DNA of 64,000 nt from a virus. Taxonomy: Duplodnaviria > Caudoviricetes. Location of the stretch: the IMG/VR virus record IMGVR_UViG_3300021426_000064, positions 96,001 through 160,000 of that record. One strand, written 5' to 3'. Shown piece by piece: positions 30,648-40,500 of this stretch; the stretch's first letter is position 1; the number at the start of each line of letters is the position of its first letter. A model generated the notes under the pieces. The model did not search any database, was not told the origin of the DNA, and saw only the letters and a program-made list of their open reading frames with translations. Position numbers and translations under genes: made by a program.

Positions 30648-31369
30648 TTGAAATAACAGAAGAACAGCTTTTTGATTACATGAACTGTCCGGTGCGGTAT
30701 GCCATAAAATATGGCAAGAATCATATCAAAGTACCGCCGCAGATAACTTTTCCAAAGCTGTTAAATCAGGTTGTGTATGGATTTTGTCAGTCGCTAAAGG
30801 ACGGCATTGTGCTGCCGCCCGATAAAATAAAGCGAAAATGGGACACGGTTTGTAAAAATCATCCCGACAAAATCACCCAGGATAAAATCCGTGAAGGATT
30901 CGGGGCTCTGTATAGGTTTTATGAGTATGCAGAGGAAAACCAAATACTGGTTGCGGATATTGGTTCTCCCTATATCCTTCGCGTTAAAGATGGAGACGAC
31001 ACATACATTTATAACGGAACATTGGGGATAATCCTGTCTAACAAAGATGGTGAGCCGGAAAATTTCAAAACAGATTTTTCCAGCAGGTTTCCAGAGCAAA
31101 GCAAACTGGATATGAATCTCAAGACCACGCTTGATCATGTAGGTTTTTATGAACTCTACAATTTGCCACTGAGTGGAACACGGGTTCACCATGTAAAAAA
31201 GAGCCGGGATTTTTATACCACCCGCGATATCCCAAGCTCAACAAAAAGAGTAAGGACAATAATCGCTAATGTCTGTAAGTCAATAAGGCATAATATCTGG
31301 TATCCTCACGAGACTCCGTTGTGTTCTTCCTGTGAAGTAAGAGATTTTTGTATGATGTATGGCTCCTGA
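30641..31369 (+). CDS. Cas4/AddB-like PD-(D/E)XK-fold protein, catalytic motif degenerate
   Basis: N-terminal YMNCPVRY and C-terminal CSSCEVRDFC (1+3 Cys Fe-S staple). GTLG...ENFKT replaces G.ID...DYKT. Confidence 0.65.
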   Translation: MVIEITEEQLFDYMNCPVRYAIKYGKNHIKVPPQITFPKLLNQVVYGFCQSLKDGIVLPPDKIKRKWDTVCKNHPDKITQDKIREGFGALYRFYEYAEENQILVADIGSPYILRVKDGDDTYIYNGTLGIILSNKDGEPENFKTDFSSRFPEQSKLDMNLKTTLDHVGFYELYNLPLSGTRVHHVKKSRDFYTTRDIPSSTKRVRTIIANVCKSIRHNIWYPHETPLCSSCEVRDFCMMYGS

Positions 31370-31406
31370 TATAGAGCTAAGTAGTTTTTTGTTAACGAGG
31401 TATAAG

Positions 31407-31568
31407 ATGCTTAATTTAACCGAAAGAGTCGGCGCGGAGCCGAAAGTCACAAAAGGTGGTCTTCCCGGTGTATCGGTAAGCATCGGAGGGGCAATCCCCT
31501 TTGATGATGATGTACCGCCCACGCAGCCGAAAAAGAAAACCGCCAAAAGCGAAGATAAGAAGGCGTGA
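31407..31568 (+). CDS. Small hypothetical protein (53 aa)
   Basis: ATG after GAGG, fills the gap between neighbours. Confidence 0.45.
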   Translation: MLNLTERVGAEPKVTKGGLPGVSVSIGGAIPFDDDVPPTQPKKKTAKSEDKKA

Positions 31569-31572
31569 CAAA

Positions 31573-32169
31573 ATGCCAATAATTCGCAGGCGAAAAACAG
31601 CGGTAAAACCTAAAACCGCAAGTAAGAGGACTTACGAGATTGATGGAAAGGTATATACAAGCAAATCCCTGAGAGACTATCATGTAGAGCTAAATGAATA
31701 TGTAAAGTCAGGACTGATAAAATCCTTTGAATTGCCCGAAGGAAAACTCACAAAGTCTAAATTCCATTCCATCAAAGCGGTTATCAATGGTATCGAGTTT
31801 GATTCACTTAATGAATCTCGGTACTATATCCATGTTCTGGAGGAAGTAAAGGCCGGCAATATTAAGTCTTACGAACTTCAGAAAGCGTACGAAATTGTAC
31901 CCGCCCATATCCGGCGCGGCAAAAAAGTACGCAAAATGGAATACCTGGCAGACTTTGTTTGTCAGATGGCAGACGGCACAGAAAAGGTAATCGACGTGAA
32001 AGGGCTAGAAACGGATGTATTCAAGATGAAGAAAAAACTTGTTGAATATCTTTATCCGAATGTCGAAGTCGAATGTGTCCGTTATGTCGCAAAAGAAAAA
32101 GCGTGGCTTACAACAAAGGAATGTAAAGCACGCAAGAAGCTGGCATCCAAGGAGAGGAAGTCAGCCTAA
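31573..32169 (+). CDS. DUF1064-like endonuclease (putative resolvase)
   Basis: INGIEFDS..E..YY, YELQ, YLADF, VIDVKG, FKMKKKL. The N-terminal motif appears partly duplicated. Start refined to ATG 31573. Confidence 0.8.
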   Translation: MPIIRRRKTAVKPKTASKRTYEIDGKVYTSKSLRDYHVELNEYVKSGLIKSFELPEGKLTKSKFHSIKAVINGIEFDSLNESRYYIHVLEEVKAGNIKSYELQKAYEIVPAHIRRGKKVRKMEYLADFVCQMADGTEKVIDVKGLETDVFKMKKKLVEYLYPNVEVECVRYVAKEKAWLTTKECKARKKLASKERKSA

Positions 32170-32182
32170 AACTAAAGAAACT

Positions 32183-33223
32183 GTGTGGATAATCTTCTGT
32201 GATTGGAAAATAACCAATAGAAAGAAGACTACCACCATAAAAAAGAGAAAGAAACTTTCTGAAGACGTCATTGTGCGAGACGCCGATAAGACCCAGATTT
32301 TTGAAAATGGTTTTGTAACCATAAGAACTGTTTTTAAGGAAGAAGCAGATTATCTCTGGGATTTGTATCAGCACGAAGATGAATGGCGCGAGATTGACGA
32401 ACTTGTGCACCAGTATCAAGGACAGTTTGAGGAGGGTGCTACGGAAGAAGCTCGCCGCATCGCAAATGAAGCGGGTACGGAACTCTTAAACAGATTCCAG
32501 CCGCTGTTTAAAAAATACGTGATACTTCTTAAAAATGGCCAGATCAATTTCCACAACAGCGAGCAGCGTCAGTTTGTTCGTCTGTTTATCCAGGAACTGC
32601 ATTTGCAAAAGGCTCTAAGCCGAAAAAATCCTGGCCGGGATTATCAGGAACAGATTACAGCCCGGTTTAATTTCTTAATCGAGGGCTATGGACACCAAGA
32701 TGAAGACGAAATCTACGATGATATGCGGGTTATCTTCTTCATGCTTGTTAAACGATACAAAGATGTTGGCCGCAGTTTTTGCTGCTACGTCTACAACGTG
32801 TTTAAGTACGAAGTTTGCCGTCATATTCAAAAGTATCAGCGCAACCCGGCAAACTTTCACTATAAAGTTGCAGAACTCGAGGATAACTGCAAAACAGTCA
32901 TGGATGACTATTCTTCTATCGAAGATGTTATGTATGAAGATGATCAGGGGCTTCCGGATATGACCTGGATTCGCGGAGATACATGCTCGGAAATCTTCCA
33001 GCAGTTTACGGACGAAGAACGCCTGATATTCTCGAAGTATTATCTGCAGGATTGGAACGATAGTCAGATTGCTCAGCTTCTCGGCATGCACATTAACACG
33101 GCAAACCAGAGAAGGAAGAGTATCACCAGACGTTTGTGTAAAACACTTGGCCTGGATCCAAAGGACATTGTTCGGCATCGCAAATCCGGTAAAAGAGCTA
33201 TCCTTAATACCGAGGTAGCATAA
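32183..33223 (+). CDS. Phage sigma70-family-like factor
   Basis: Region-2-like ELLNRFQPLFKKY. C-terminal region-4 HTH FTDEERLIF..YY....DSQIAQLLGMHINTANQRRK. Start uncertain (frame open from 32039, GTG 32183 chosen). Confidence 0.7.
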   Translation: MWIIFCDWKITNRKKTTTIKKRKKLSEDVIVRDADKTQIFENGFVTIRTVFKEEADYLWDLYQHEDEWREIDELVHQYQGQFEEGATEEARRIANEAGTELLNRFQPLFKKYVILLKNGQINFHNSEQRQFVRLFIQELHLQKALSRKNPGRDYQEQITARFNFLIEGYGHQDEDEIYDDMRVIFFMLVKRYKDVGRSFCCYVYNVFKYEVCRHIQKYQRNPANFHYKVAELEDNCKTVMDDYSSIEDVMYEDDQGLPDMTWIRGDTCSEIFQQFTDEERLIFSKYYLQDWNDSQIAQLLGMHINTANQRRKSITRRLCKTLGLDPKDIVRHRKSGKRAILNTEVA

Positions 33224-33263
33224 AGCGGGGGCGTCACAGCCCCTAATTTTTTGGAGGAAAAAC

Positions 33264-33821
33264 ATGAATAAAACAAAAATCGGTGCAATTGTAATAACTG
33301 TATTGCTGGCATTATTTCTTGTGGGGAATTTTAACTCCCTCACCAATAAGGATGTAGAGGTTCAGACGGCGGCAGCGCAGATTGATGTGCAGCTGCAGCG
33401 CCGTGCAGAACTTATCCCAAATCTCGTAAACACGGTTAAGGGATATGCTTCTCACGAAAAAGAAACGCTGACGGCTATTACAGAAGCTCGTGCAAAGTTG
33501 CAAGACCCGAATGCTACGCTTAAAGATAAAGCACATGCAGATGGTGAACTCACCAGTGCTCTTAATCGGCTGATGATGGTACAGGAAAATTATCCGAACC
33601 TTAAAGCAGATGCACACTTCACCGAACTTATGCGTGAGCTTGCCGGTACGGAAAACCGCGTAACAGTAGCCCGCACCCGTTATAATAAAGCGGTGGCAGA
33701 ATACAACACTTCTGTTCGCACTTTCCCCGGTAATATTTGCGCCGGCGTTTTTGGATTCTATCAGGCCGAGCCGATTGAAGCAACGGAAGCTGAAAAGAAG
33801 AATCCCGAAGTTAAATTCTAA
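33264..33821 (+). CDS. lemA: LemA family protein
   Basis: N-terminal TM helix, QLQRRAELIPNLVNTVKGYASHEKETL, ENYPNLKA, ELAGTENR...R..YN. Confidence 0.95.
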   Translation: MNKTKIGAIVITVLLALFLVGNFNSLTNKDVEVQTAAAQIDVQLQRRAELIPNLVNTVKGYASHEKETLTAITEARAKLQDPNATLKDKAHADGELTSALNRLMMVQENYPNLKADAHFTELMRELAGTENRVTVARTRYNKAVAEYNTSVRTFPGNICAGVFGFYQAEPIEATEAEKKNPEVKF

Positions 33822-33845
33822 ACCCATTGAAGGTGGCGAGATAAT

Positions 33846-34703
33846 ATGCGAAAAGAGATTATAAGCGCCATTCTTGTGGCTATCGCGTTAATTGTGATGG
33901 CTACAGGTGGCTCTTTTTGTCAGGCGGGCTCTATCCATGATGAAGCACCCGCCCGCCTTGTCGATACGACAAAGACGCTGACGGTAGAAGAAAAAGCCAA
34001 GATTAACGACCAGCTCGAAGCACTCCATAATGCAGGGAAGGCCGAAATGGTTGTTGTCATGGTTCCCGACCTTGAAGGAAAAACCGTGGAGGAATTCTCC
34101 ATGGATATTGCAGAACGCTGGAAGGTCGGGAAAAAGGGAGAAGATAACGGCCTCCTTCTTGTGATTGCAAAAGATGAACACAAAATGCGTCTTGAGGTTG
34201 GCCGTGGTCTGGAAGGAAGTATTACAGATGGTATGGCCGGCGAAATAATCGACCGGATGAAACCACAGCTCCGAAACAACGATTTCGCAGGGGCAATCCT
34301 TAGTGCAACAGCAGATGTGGAATTAAAGATTGACGGCAAGGAAATCGAGCATAAAGATGTAGATGGCTTTATCGATACGATATGCGATATTATCATTGTG
34401 CTCGCTTGCATTTATGCAATGCTGATTTTCTTCGTATGGTTGTACGAGGCACATAGAGCGAAATATCGGTACGGATTTATTAACAAAAGCTACGCTTATC
34501 GCTTCTTCTCGATTACCGTGTTCCTGTGGGCGGTTGAAAGCGTTTTTGAAGCAACGTTCGATATGCTTATCACCATACCGCTCGATTGTTTAGGCGGTGA
34601 AAGTAGTGGCGGATATTCCGGCGGCTCAAGCTCATTTGATTCAGACAGCTCATTTGATTCGGGCGGCTCGTTTGATGGCGGCGGCTCTTCCGGTGATTGG
34701 TAA
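33846..34703 (+). CDS. TPM-domain membrane protein (YgcG-like)
   Basis: Signal peptide, WKVGKKGEDNGLLLVIA, RLEVGRGLEG.ITD, TM helix, GGSFDGGGSSGDW tail. Confidence 0.9.
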   Translation: MRKEIISAILVAIALIVMATGGSFCQAGSIHDEAPARLVDTTKTLTVEEKAKINDQLEALHNAGKAEMVVVMVPDLEGKTVEEFSMDIAERWKVGKKGEDNGLLLVIAKDEHKMRLEVGRGLEGSITDGMAGEIIDRMKPQLRNNDFAGAILSATADVELKIDGKEIEHKDVDGFIDTICDIIIVLACIYAMLIFFVWLYEAHRAKYRYGFINKSYAYRFFSITVFLWAVESVFEATFDMLITIPLDCLGGESSGGYSGGSSSFDSDSSFDSGGSFDGGGSSGDW

Positions 34704-34714
34704 AACGTATTTTG

Positions 34715-34741
34715 TAGAGGGCGAAAAGCCCTCTATTTTTT
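34715..34741 (+). terminator. Intrinsic terminator
   Basis: TAGAGGGC-gaaaa-GCCCTCTA-TTTTTT. Confidence 0.85.
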
Positions 34742-34753
34742 CCCTCTAAACTC

Positions 34754-34792
34754 TTGACTTTTTATCTTGATAGGTGTATACTTTAATCAAGA
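34754..34792 (+). promoter_or_regulatory. SigmaA-type promoter overlapped by an inverted-repeat operator
   Basis: TTGACT-17-TATACT. TCTTGAT (34765) and ATCAAGA (34786) form an inverted repeat. Confidence 0.75.
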
Positions 34793-34808
34793 AAGGAGAT
34801 GAAGAGCA

Positions 34809-35207
34809 TTGAGAGATGGGCATTACACCAAGGCCGACATAACCGAATTGAATGTATATAAAGAACCCGGTCGGGTGCAAGTCGCGATTGCAACATTAAA
34901 AAACGGCGCAAAAATATTGAGTAATGGTTTTGACATCGAAATAACCGAAAATCCAAAAGCCTTTAGCGAAAAACAGGTCTATACGAACTATAAAAAATGC
35001 AAAGTTCCAGACCTGTACGCTACGGTAGCAGAAATTGTCTATAAAAAGGCGTATGGGCACGGTGGTTATCGACCTGGCGCCGGCAGGAAAAAAGACGAGA
35101 GTAAAGCGGAACGATCTCCACGCACGTTTAGACTGACAGGTATAGAATACCAGAGAGTAAAAACGTTCATTGAAGAGATGCGCAAGGAAGGCGAGGGAGA
35201 GTCATGA
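34809..35207 (+). CDS. Putative DNA-binding protein
   Basis: C-terminal HGGYRPGAGRKK followed by RTFRLT..EY (ribbon-helix-like). Confidence 0.6.
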   Translation: MRDGHYTKADITELNVYKEPGRVQVAIATLKNGAKILSNGFDIEITENPKAFSEKQVYTNYKKCKVPDLYATVAEIVYKKAYGHGGYRPGAGRKKDESKAERSPRTFRLTGIEYQRVKTFIEEMRKEGEGES

Positions 35208-35803
35208 GGATTTTAGCGAAGATATTGTTTTCTATAACAATTGGTCTGGCTGTTATCTTATCATCTGTATCGGTAAGCGAAGCTAAGTATATGGGGATAG
35301 TATTCAAGCAGGATGCAAAAGGCTTCACATTTAATACCGCTAGTAATAGAGAGTGGCTAAAGAATCATATCCAAAGCAAACTTAAAGAGCACGGCGAGTA
35401 TTGGACAATTGAATGGAAAGACGCAAATAGTTTGACCGGATGGCAGTATACTGACGAACTGGCCAGAGCTGCAGCGAATTGGGATCCAAACGCTTACGGA
35501 CTTGTTGTTATTATAGATGAATGCTTCATTAACCATACGGACTTTAGTCATTGGCGCACGGGCCATGTTGACCTAAAGGACCCGTTCGTGGGTGTAAATC
35601 TTTGGCTTTATCGTGGTGACGGCGAGCCGGTGCATCTTGCAGGATGCAGCAAACACCTGACAAACAGGCAGGAGAGCGACGAAAAGCTATTCAATTATCT
35701 TTTCCGCAAATGCTCTGTACAGAACTGGGATGATTTCATTATGAAAACACTTTTCCCTGTTCAGGAAAAACCAAAAGGGAATTACTTTGAAGACTATATG
35801 TAA
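35204..35803 (+). CDS. Secreted/membrane-anchored hypothetical protein
   Basis: N-terminal signal peptide (…SVSEA), ATGA overlap. Confidence 0.6.
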   Translation: MRILAKILFSITIGLAVILSSVSVSEAKYMGIVFKQDAKGFTFNTASNREWLKNHIQSKLKEHGEYWTIEWKDANSLTGWQYTDELARAAANWDPNAYGLVVIIDECFINHTDFSHWRTGHVDLKDPFVGVNLWLYRGDGEPVHLAGCSKHLTNRQESDEKLFNYLFRKCSVQNWDDFIMKTLFPVQEKPKGNYFEDYM

Positions 35804-35817
35804 GGAAGTGGATAGAT

Positions 35818-37548
35818 TTGGTTAACAAATACATAAAGAGAACCCCACCGGAAAGTGCAGGCTTTACATTGCAGGATGTGCAGGAAATTTCTGGAGAGAG
35901 CAATATCCCGCAGGTATTAGTGGCTGCTCTGGCCAACAGAGGGTTTTCTCCAAAGGAGGCTAGAGATATTCTTCTGCAGGATATTCCTGCGGAAGAACTA
36001 ATCTCAAAGCCGTTAAATGGGGCTGAAAAAGCCGCAGATGAAATTCTTGCCCATATAAACAGAGGCGATGCTATAGGAATTTTTGCTGACTATGATTGCG
36101 ACGGCGTAACTTCCGGCTTCGTAATGTATGAGGGTCTTAATGAAATAATAAAACACCTTGACTCGGCAAGTAAGGTTGGCGTATACTATCCTCAAAGAAG
36201 TGAAGGGTATGGTCTTAATATTGAATATTGTAAGAAGGCTGTAGCTAATAAGGTAGGGCTTGTAGTAACTGTAGACAATGGCATTACAGTAAAAGAGCAA
36301 TGTGCCTTCTTACAAGAAAATGGCGTCGATATTGTTGTAACTGACCATCATGAGCCAATTAAAACAAAGCTTCCTGATTGCACAATCGTAGATCCGTGTT
36401 ATTCTGATACTGACCGCAGCTATATGGCGGGTGTCGCAGTCGCCTTTAACGTAATCCAGACTATGGCAAACAAAGTAAATTGCAAGTTGGATACGGGCAG
36501 ACTCTATCCGGCAGTAGCTATCGGAACTATCTCAGACTGCATGCCGATGTGCTATGAAAATTCAGCTTATGTAAAAATCGGCCTCGGATTAATCAATAAG
36601 GGCGAAGCGGGAAAATTCCTCGCAATGATTAAGGGGGATAATCCATTAACCTATACACCTACTGACATATCTTTTACAATTGCACCCATGATAAATGCCG
36701 CTTCCCGCATGGGGGATACAAGAATCGGCGCGGTTGGTTTTATTTCCGATGATGACAAAGTAATTTCGTCAGCAATAAGCAGTTTGCAGGAACTTAACAA
36801 AAATCGTAAAGACGTAACCGATATGGCAAGAAAAGCGGTGTCACATCTGGATCCGGGAGAAAACAAAATCGTTTGCTTCGATGGCAAAGATTTTGGTAAG
36901 GGGGTTCACGGCATCATCGCTGGCGAAATCTCTAAACGTTTTGTCGACTACCCTGCATTTGTTTATATAGTAAAGGAAGCCAACGGGAAAAAGGTCATGG
37001 CCGGGTCTATCCGTTGTGGTAATCCCGGAGTCAATTGCATAGAGATATTTAATAAGCTTAAGAAGCAGGGCGTCGTTAAGATGGTGGCAGGACATTCCTC
37101 CGCATGTGTTCTGGAAGTCTATTCAGACCGAAAAGAGGAGTTCCTTGCAGGATTCAACTCTCTGTACAGTTCAATGGAAATTCCGCCCACAATAATGGGA
37201 TTGGACGCATCCTTAACCATAAAACAGGCAACGGACAACGCGACGCTTATTGCGCTCAATAAAATTCCATTCACTGTACAAGAAGAACCACTCTTCGGCA
37301 TCTCCAATGTAATGATTAATGAGGTGTACAGATCCAGAAACAATCCGGACAATATCCGCTTCACGTTGGCAGATAATACCGGCTATAAACAGGCTTGGGC
37401 CTGGAAGTTCGCTTCCCGCTACAAAGAACTCGGCGAACCCAACGAAGTACACCTTGTATGTACGATAACTCAGGACTTTATGAACAAACGCTCGCCTAAG
37501 GCTGCGATTAAGATAGTGGATATGATTCCGGTCAAAAGAACGGCTTAA
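35818..37548 (+). CDS. recJ: ssDNA exonuclease RecJ (DHH family)
   Basis: DYDCDGVTS, R.EGYGL, TVDNGI, TDHH, GTISD, P.INAASRMG, GSIR, GHSSA. Confidence 0.92.
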   Translation: MVNKYIKRTPPESAGFTLQDVQEISGESNIPQVLVAALANRGFSPKEARDILLQDIPAEELISKPLNGAEKAADEILAHINRGDAIGIFADYDCDGVTSGFVMYEGLNEIIKHLDSASKVGVYYPQRSEGYGLNIEYCKKAVANKVGLVVTVDNGITVKEQCAFLQENGVDIVVTDHHEPIKTKLPDCTIVDPCYSDTDRSYMAGVAVAFNVIQTMANKVNCKLDTGRLYPAVAIGTISDCMPMCYENSAYVKIGLGLINKGEAGKFLAMIKGDNPLTYTPTDISFTIAPMINAASRMGDTRIGAVGFISDDDKVISSAISSLQELNKNRKDVTDMARKAVSHLDPGENKIVCFDGKDFGKGVHGIIAGEISKRFVDYPAFVYIVKEANGKKVMAGSIRCGNPGVNCIEIFNKLKKQGVVKMVAGHSSACVLEVYSDRKEEFLAGFNSLYSSMEIPPTIMGLDASLTIKQATDNATLIALNKIPFTVQEEPLFGISNVMINEVYRSRNNPDNIRFTLADNTGYKQAWAWKFASRYKELGEPNEVHLVCTITQDFMNKRSPKAAIKIVDMIPVKRTA

Positions 37549-37577
37549 TATCCGGAAAAACTAAGGGGGATATTATT

Positions 37578-40500
37578 TTGGCACTAAATGAATTAATTTG
37601 CGAAATAGCAGGAGAAGATCCGCGTAAGGAGATTGCCGCTCAGTTTGCGGGCGGCAATGCGGATTTTGTTCACTGCCACCTGCATACAATTTATTCAACA
37701 CTCGATGGTTTGTGTAAGCCGGATATACTTGCAAAACGAGCAAAAGAACTGGGATTCAAAGCTGTTGCTGTGACAGACCACGGTCATAGTGGTGGGGCGC
37801 TGGCCTTCCAGCAGGCGATGAAAAAGCAGGGAATTAAATCTCTGCTTGGGGCAGAGCTATACTACACGCCGGATATGAAAATTGCGGCCATGGAAAAAGA
37901 AGACCGTGATGCCTGGGCTTTGCGTGAACTTCTTAAAGATAAAGAAGCAAGATGTATTTGCAACTGGGACATCACCAAGAAAAAAAGTGATAGAAAATCC
38001 AGGGACGAATATATGGCAATGCTTCTTGAAACTATCGAAGACCAGACACAGCGCGACATCAAAAACGTTACGATTGAAAATATACGCAAGGTGTTTGGTA
38101 AAGATGAGATGTCCGCATTCAAGCGTCTTAACAAAGACATCTTTGATGAGTTTGCCTATGATATGCGCCAGTATCATTTAATCGTGATTGCCATGAACCA
38201 GACAGGCTGGAAAAATCTGGTAGCTATCCAGTCGATTGCTTCCAGAGAGTGCCAGTATAATAACCGCGCGCTGACTGACCTCAATCTCCTGAAGAAATAT
38301 AACGAAGGTCTTATCATCTGCACAGCATGTGTCGGATCGATCTTCAGTCGTTATGTGCAAAAGCGCAGACCTGACCTTGCAGAAGAGGCGCTGCTCGAAT
38401 TTAAGGAAGTATTCGGCGACAGATTTTATCTCGAAATCCAGCCCATCACCATTCCGCAGCAGATGATGACAAATCCCTTCTATATGGAAATGGCCAAGAA
38501 GCACGGCATTAAGACCATCGCCACAACCGATACGCATTACGTTTTTAAGGAAGATCACGAAGTCCATGACGCTTATATGTGTATCAGCACAGGCCGTTAT
38601 CTGGACGATACAATCGATAGAGAGCGCTGGGAAGCCGCGCATAAAAGCGGAAAATCAGAATACAAGGAACGTATGAAGTATACCAACGACTATTGGTTCC
38701 GTGATGTAAACGAAATGATAGATGCCTTCTTAACTCAAGAAGACTATGGTAAGAACTTCTTCTCTGAAGAAAATAAGCTGTCTATCGAAGAATATCGCAG
38801 ATACTGGATTGCCGCCATGAAAGAAACGGTAAGCTTAGCAAATCGCGTTGAAGATAACATTCTTATCGGTTCGGCGACAACACTTTATCCAAAAGTTAAA
38901 AACATCCCCCAAGGTTTTACCTCTGATAGCTGGCTCACCGCACAGGCTGTAAATGGTTTGGTAAAATATGCCGACAAGATGAAGAAGGCCGGTACGCCAA
39001 TCGACTTCAAGGCTTATTCTGACCGTCTTTTTGATGAATTGGCCGTTATTAAGACAAAGCATTACGCAGACTACTTCCTTGGTGTTCAGGAATACACCAA
39101 CTGGGCTAACTCTATTAATCCAGAGACGGGTTTGCCGTTCTGCTGTTCGGGGCCGGGAAGAGGATCGGCCGGGGCAAGCCTGGTACTGTTCTGTATCGGT
39201 ATCACCCACAATATAGACCCTGTAAAATACGACTTAATGTTTTCTCGTTTTCTAACCATGGATAGAAACGAGCCGCCAGATATCGATTTGGATTTTAGCT
39301 GGAAACACAGGCCACTTGTTATCCACCATCTTGAAGAAGTATACGGTGAAGATCATGTGTGTCATATCGGTGCATGGACAACAGAATCTATCTATACAGG
39401 CATTAAAGACTTTGCGCGCGTACTTGCAAAACCGGTAAGCGTCGCAGATAAAATCAATAAAGAGCTGCAGGCGATTTGCAACAAAGATCCTAAAGCATGT
39501 TTTAAGATGTTCGATGACATGAAGGAGTCCAATCCTGATGGGTATAAACGTTTTAAGGCTCTTGAGGAAAGCGAACCGCAAGTGTTTAAATATGCAAGAC
39601 AATGTGAAGGTGTTATCCGCCAATGGACAACTCACGCATCTGGCGTTATTGCATGTCCGGAGACCCTTATCGGCTTAATTCCTACTAGATATGATAAGAG
39701 CGAAAACACCACAGTTGCTTTGTTTAGTGGAGTGGAATGCGAAAAAGCTGGGCTTATCAAATTTGATGTCCTTGGTCTAAAAACGCTTGATATTGTGGAA
39801 GGGACATTATTATCCATCGACAAGGATTTCGAATGGCTTTATGATACTGTTACAATGGACGATAAAAAAGCTTTTAAGATGATTTGTGAAGGCAAGACGG
39901 AAGCCATGTTCCAAATTGAGTCCGATATGATGAAAGGGCTGGTAAAAAACATTCAGCCAACAAGCATAGAAGACCTTTCCGCTCTTGTGGCGATCGGTCG
40001 ACCAGGGCCACTATCAGTAGGTGTAGATAAAGACTATGCCGATTGGAAAAAGCACCCTGAAAATATAAAAGAATATTTGCCAAATATTCAAGATTTTCTT
40101 GTCCGTTCTCATGGAACAATTGTCTACCAGGAACAATTAATGCAGATATCTATGCGCTGTTTTGGTTTTAATCAGGCCCAGTCTGATAGCATAATGAGGA
40201 AAATTTTGGGCAAAAAAAAGGTAGAACAGCTTCCTATGCTACGTCGCATTATGATATACGGAATGAAATCCGGCAAGGGGCCGGACGGATGGAGAGAAAA
40301 TGATGATTCTGTATGGTATGACGAAGATGGCCATTATGGTGATCCGATTTGTGGCGGCATTGCATTGGGGTATAATAAAGAACAAATCGAAAAGTTCTTT
40401 AATGATATCCAAGGGTTTGCCTCATATTGTTTTAACCTTGGGCACTCGTTGGCGTATGGGTATATCGCACTACTTTCTGCATACCTTAAAGCACACTATC

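Noticed and set aside
30641-31369. CRISPR-Cas locus based on the Cas4-like gene
   Set aside because: No array or other cas genes are present. Solo Cas4-like genes are common in phages.
32039-32182. Programmed frameshift fusing the DUF1064-like gene to the sigma-like gene
   Set aside because: The overlap is open in both frames, but no convincing slippery site or stimulator was seen. A GTG start at 32183 is the simpler explanation.
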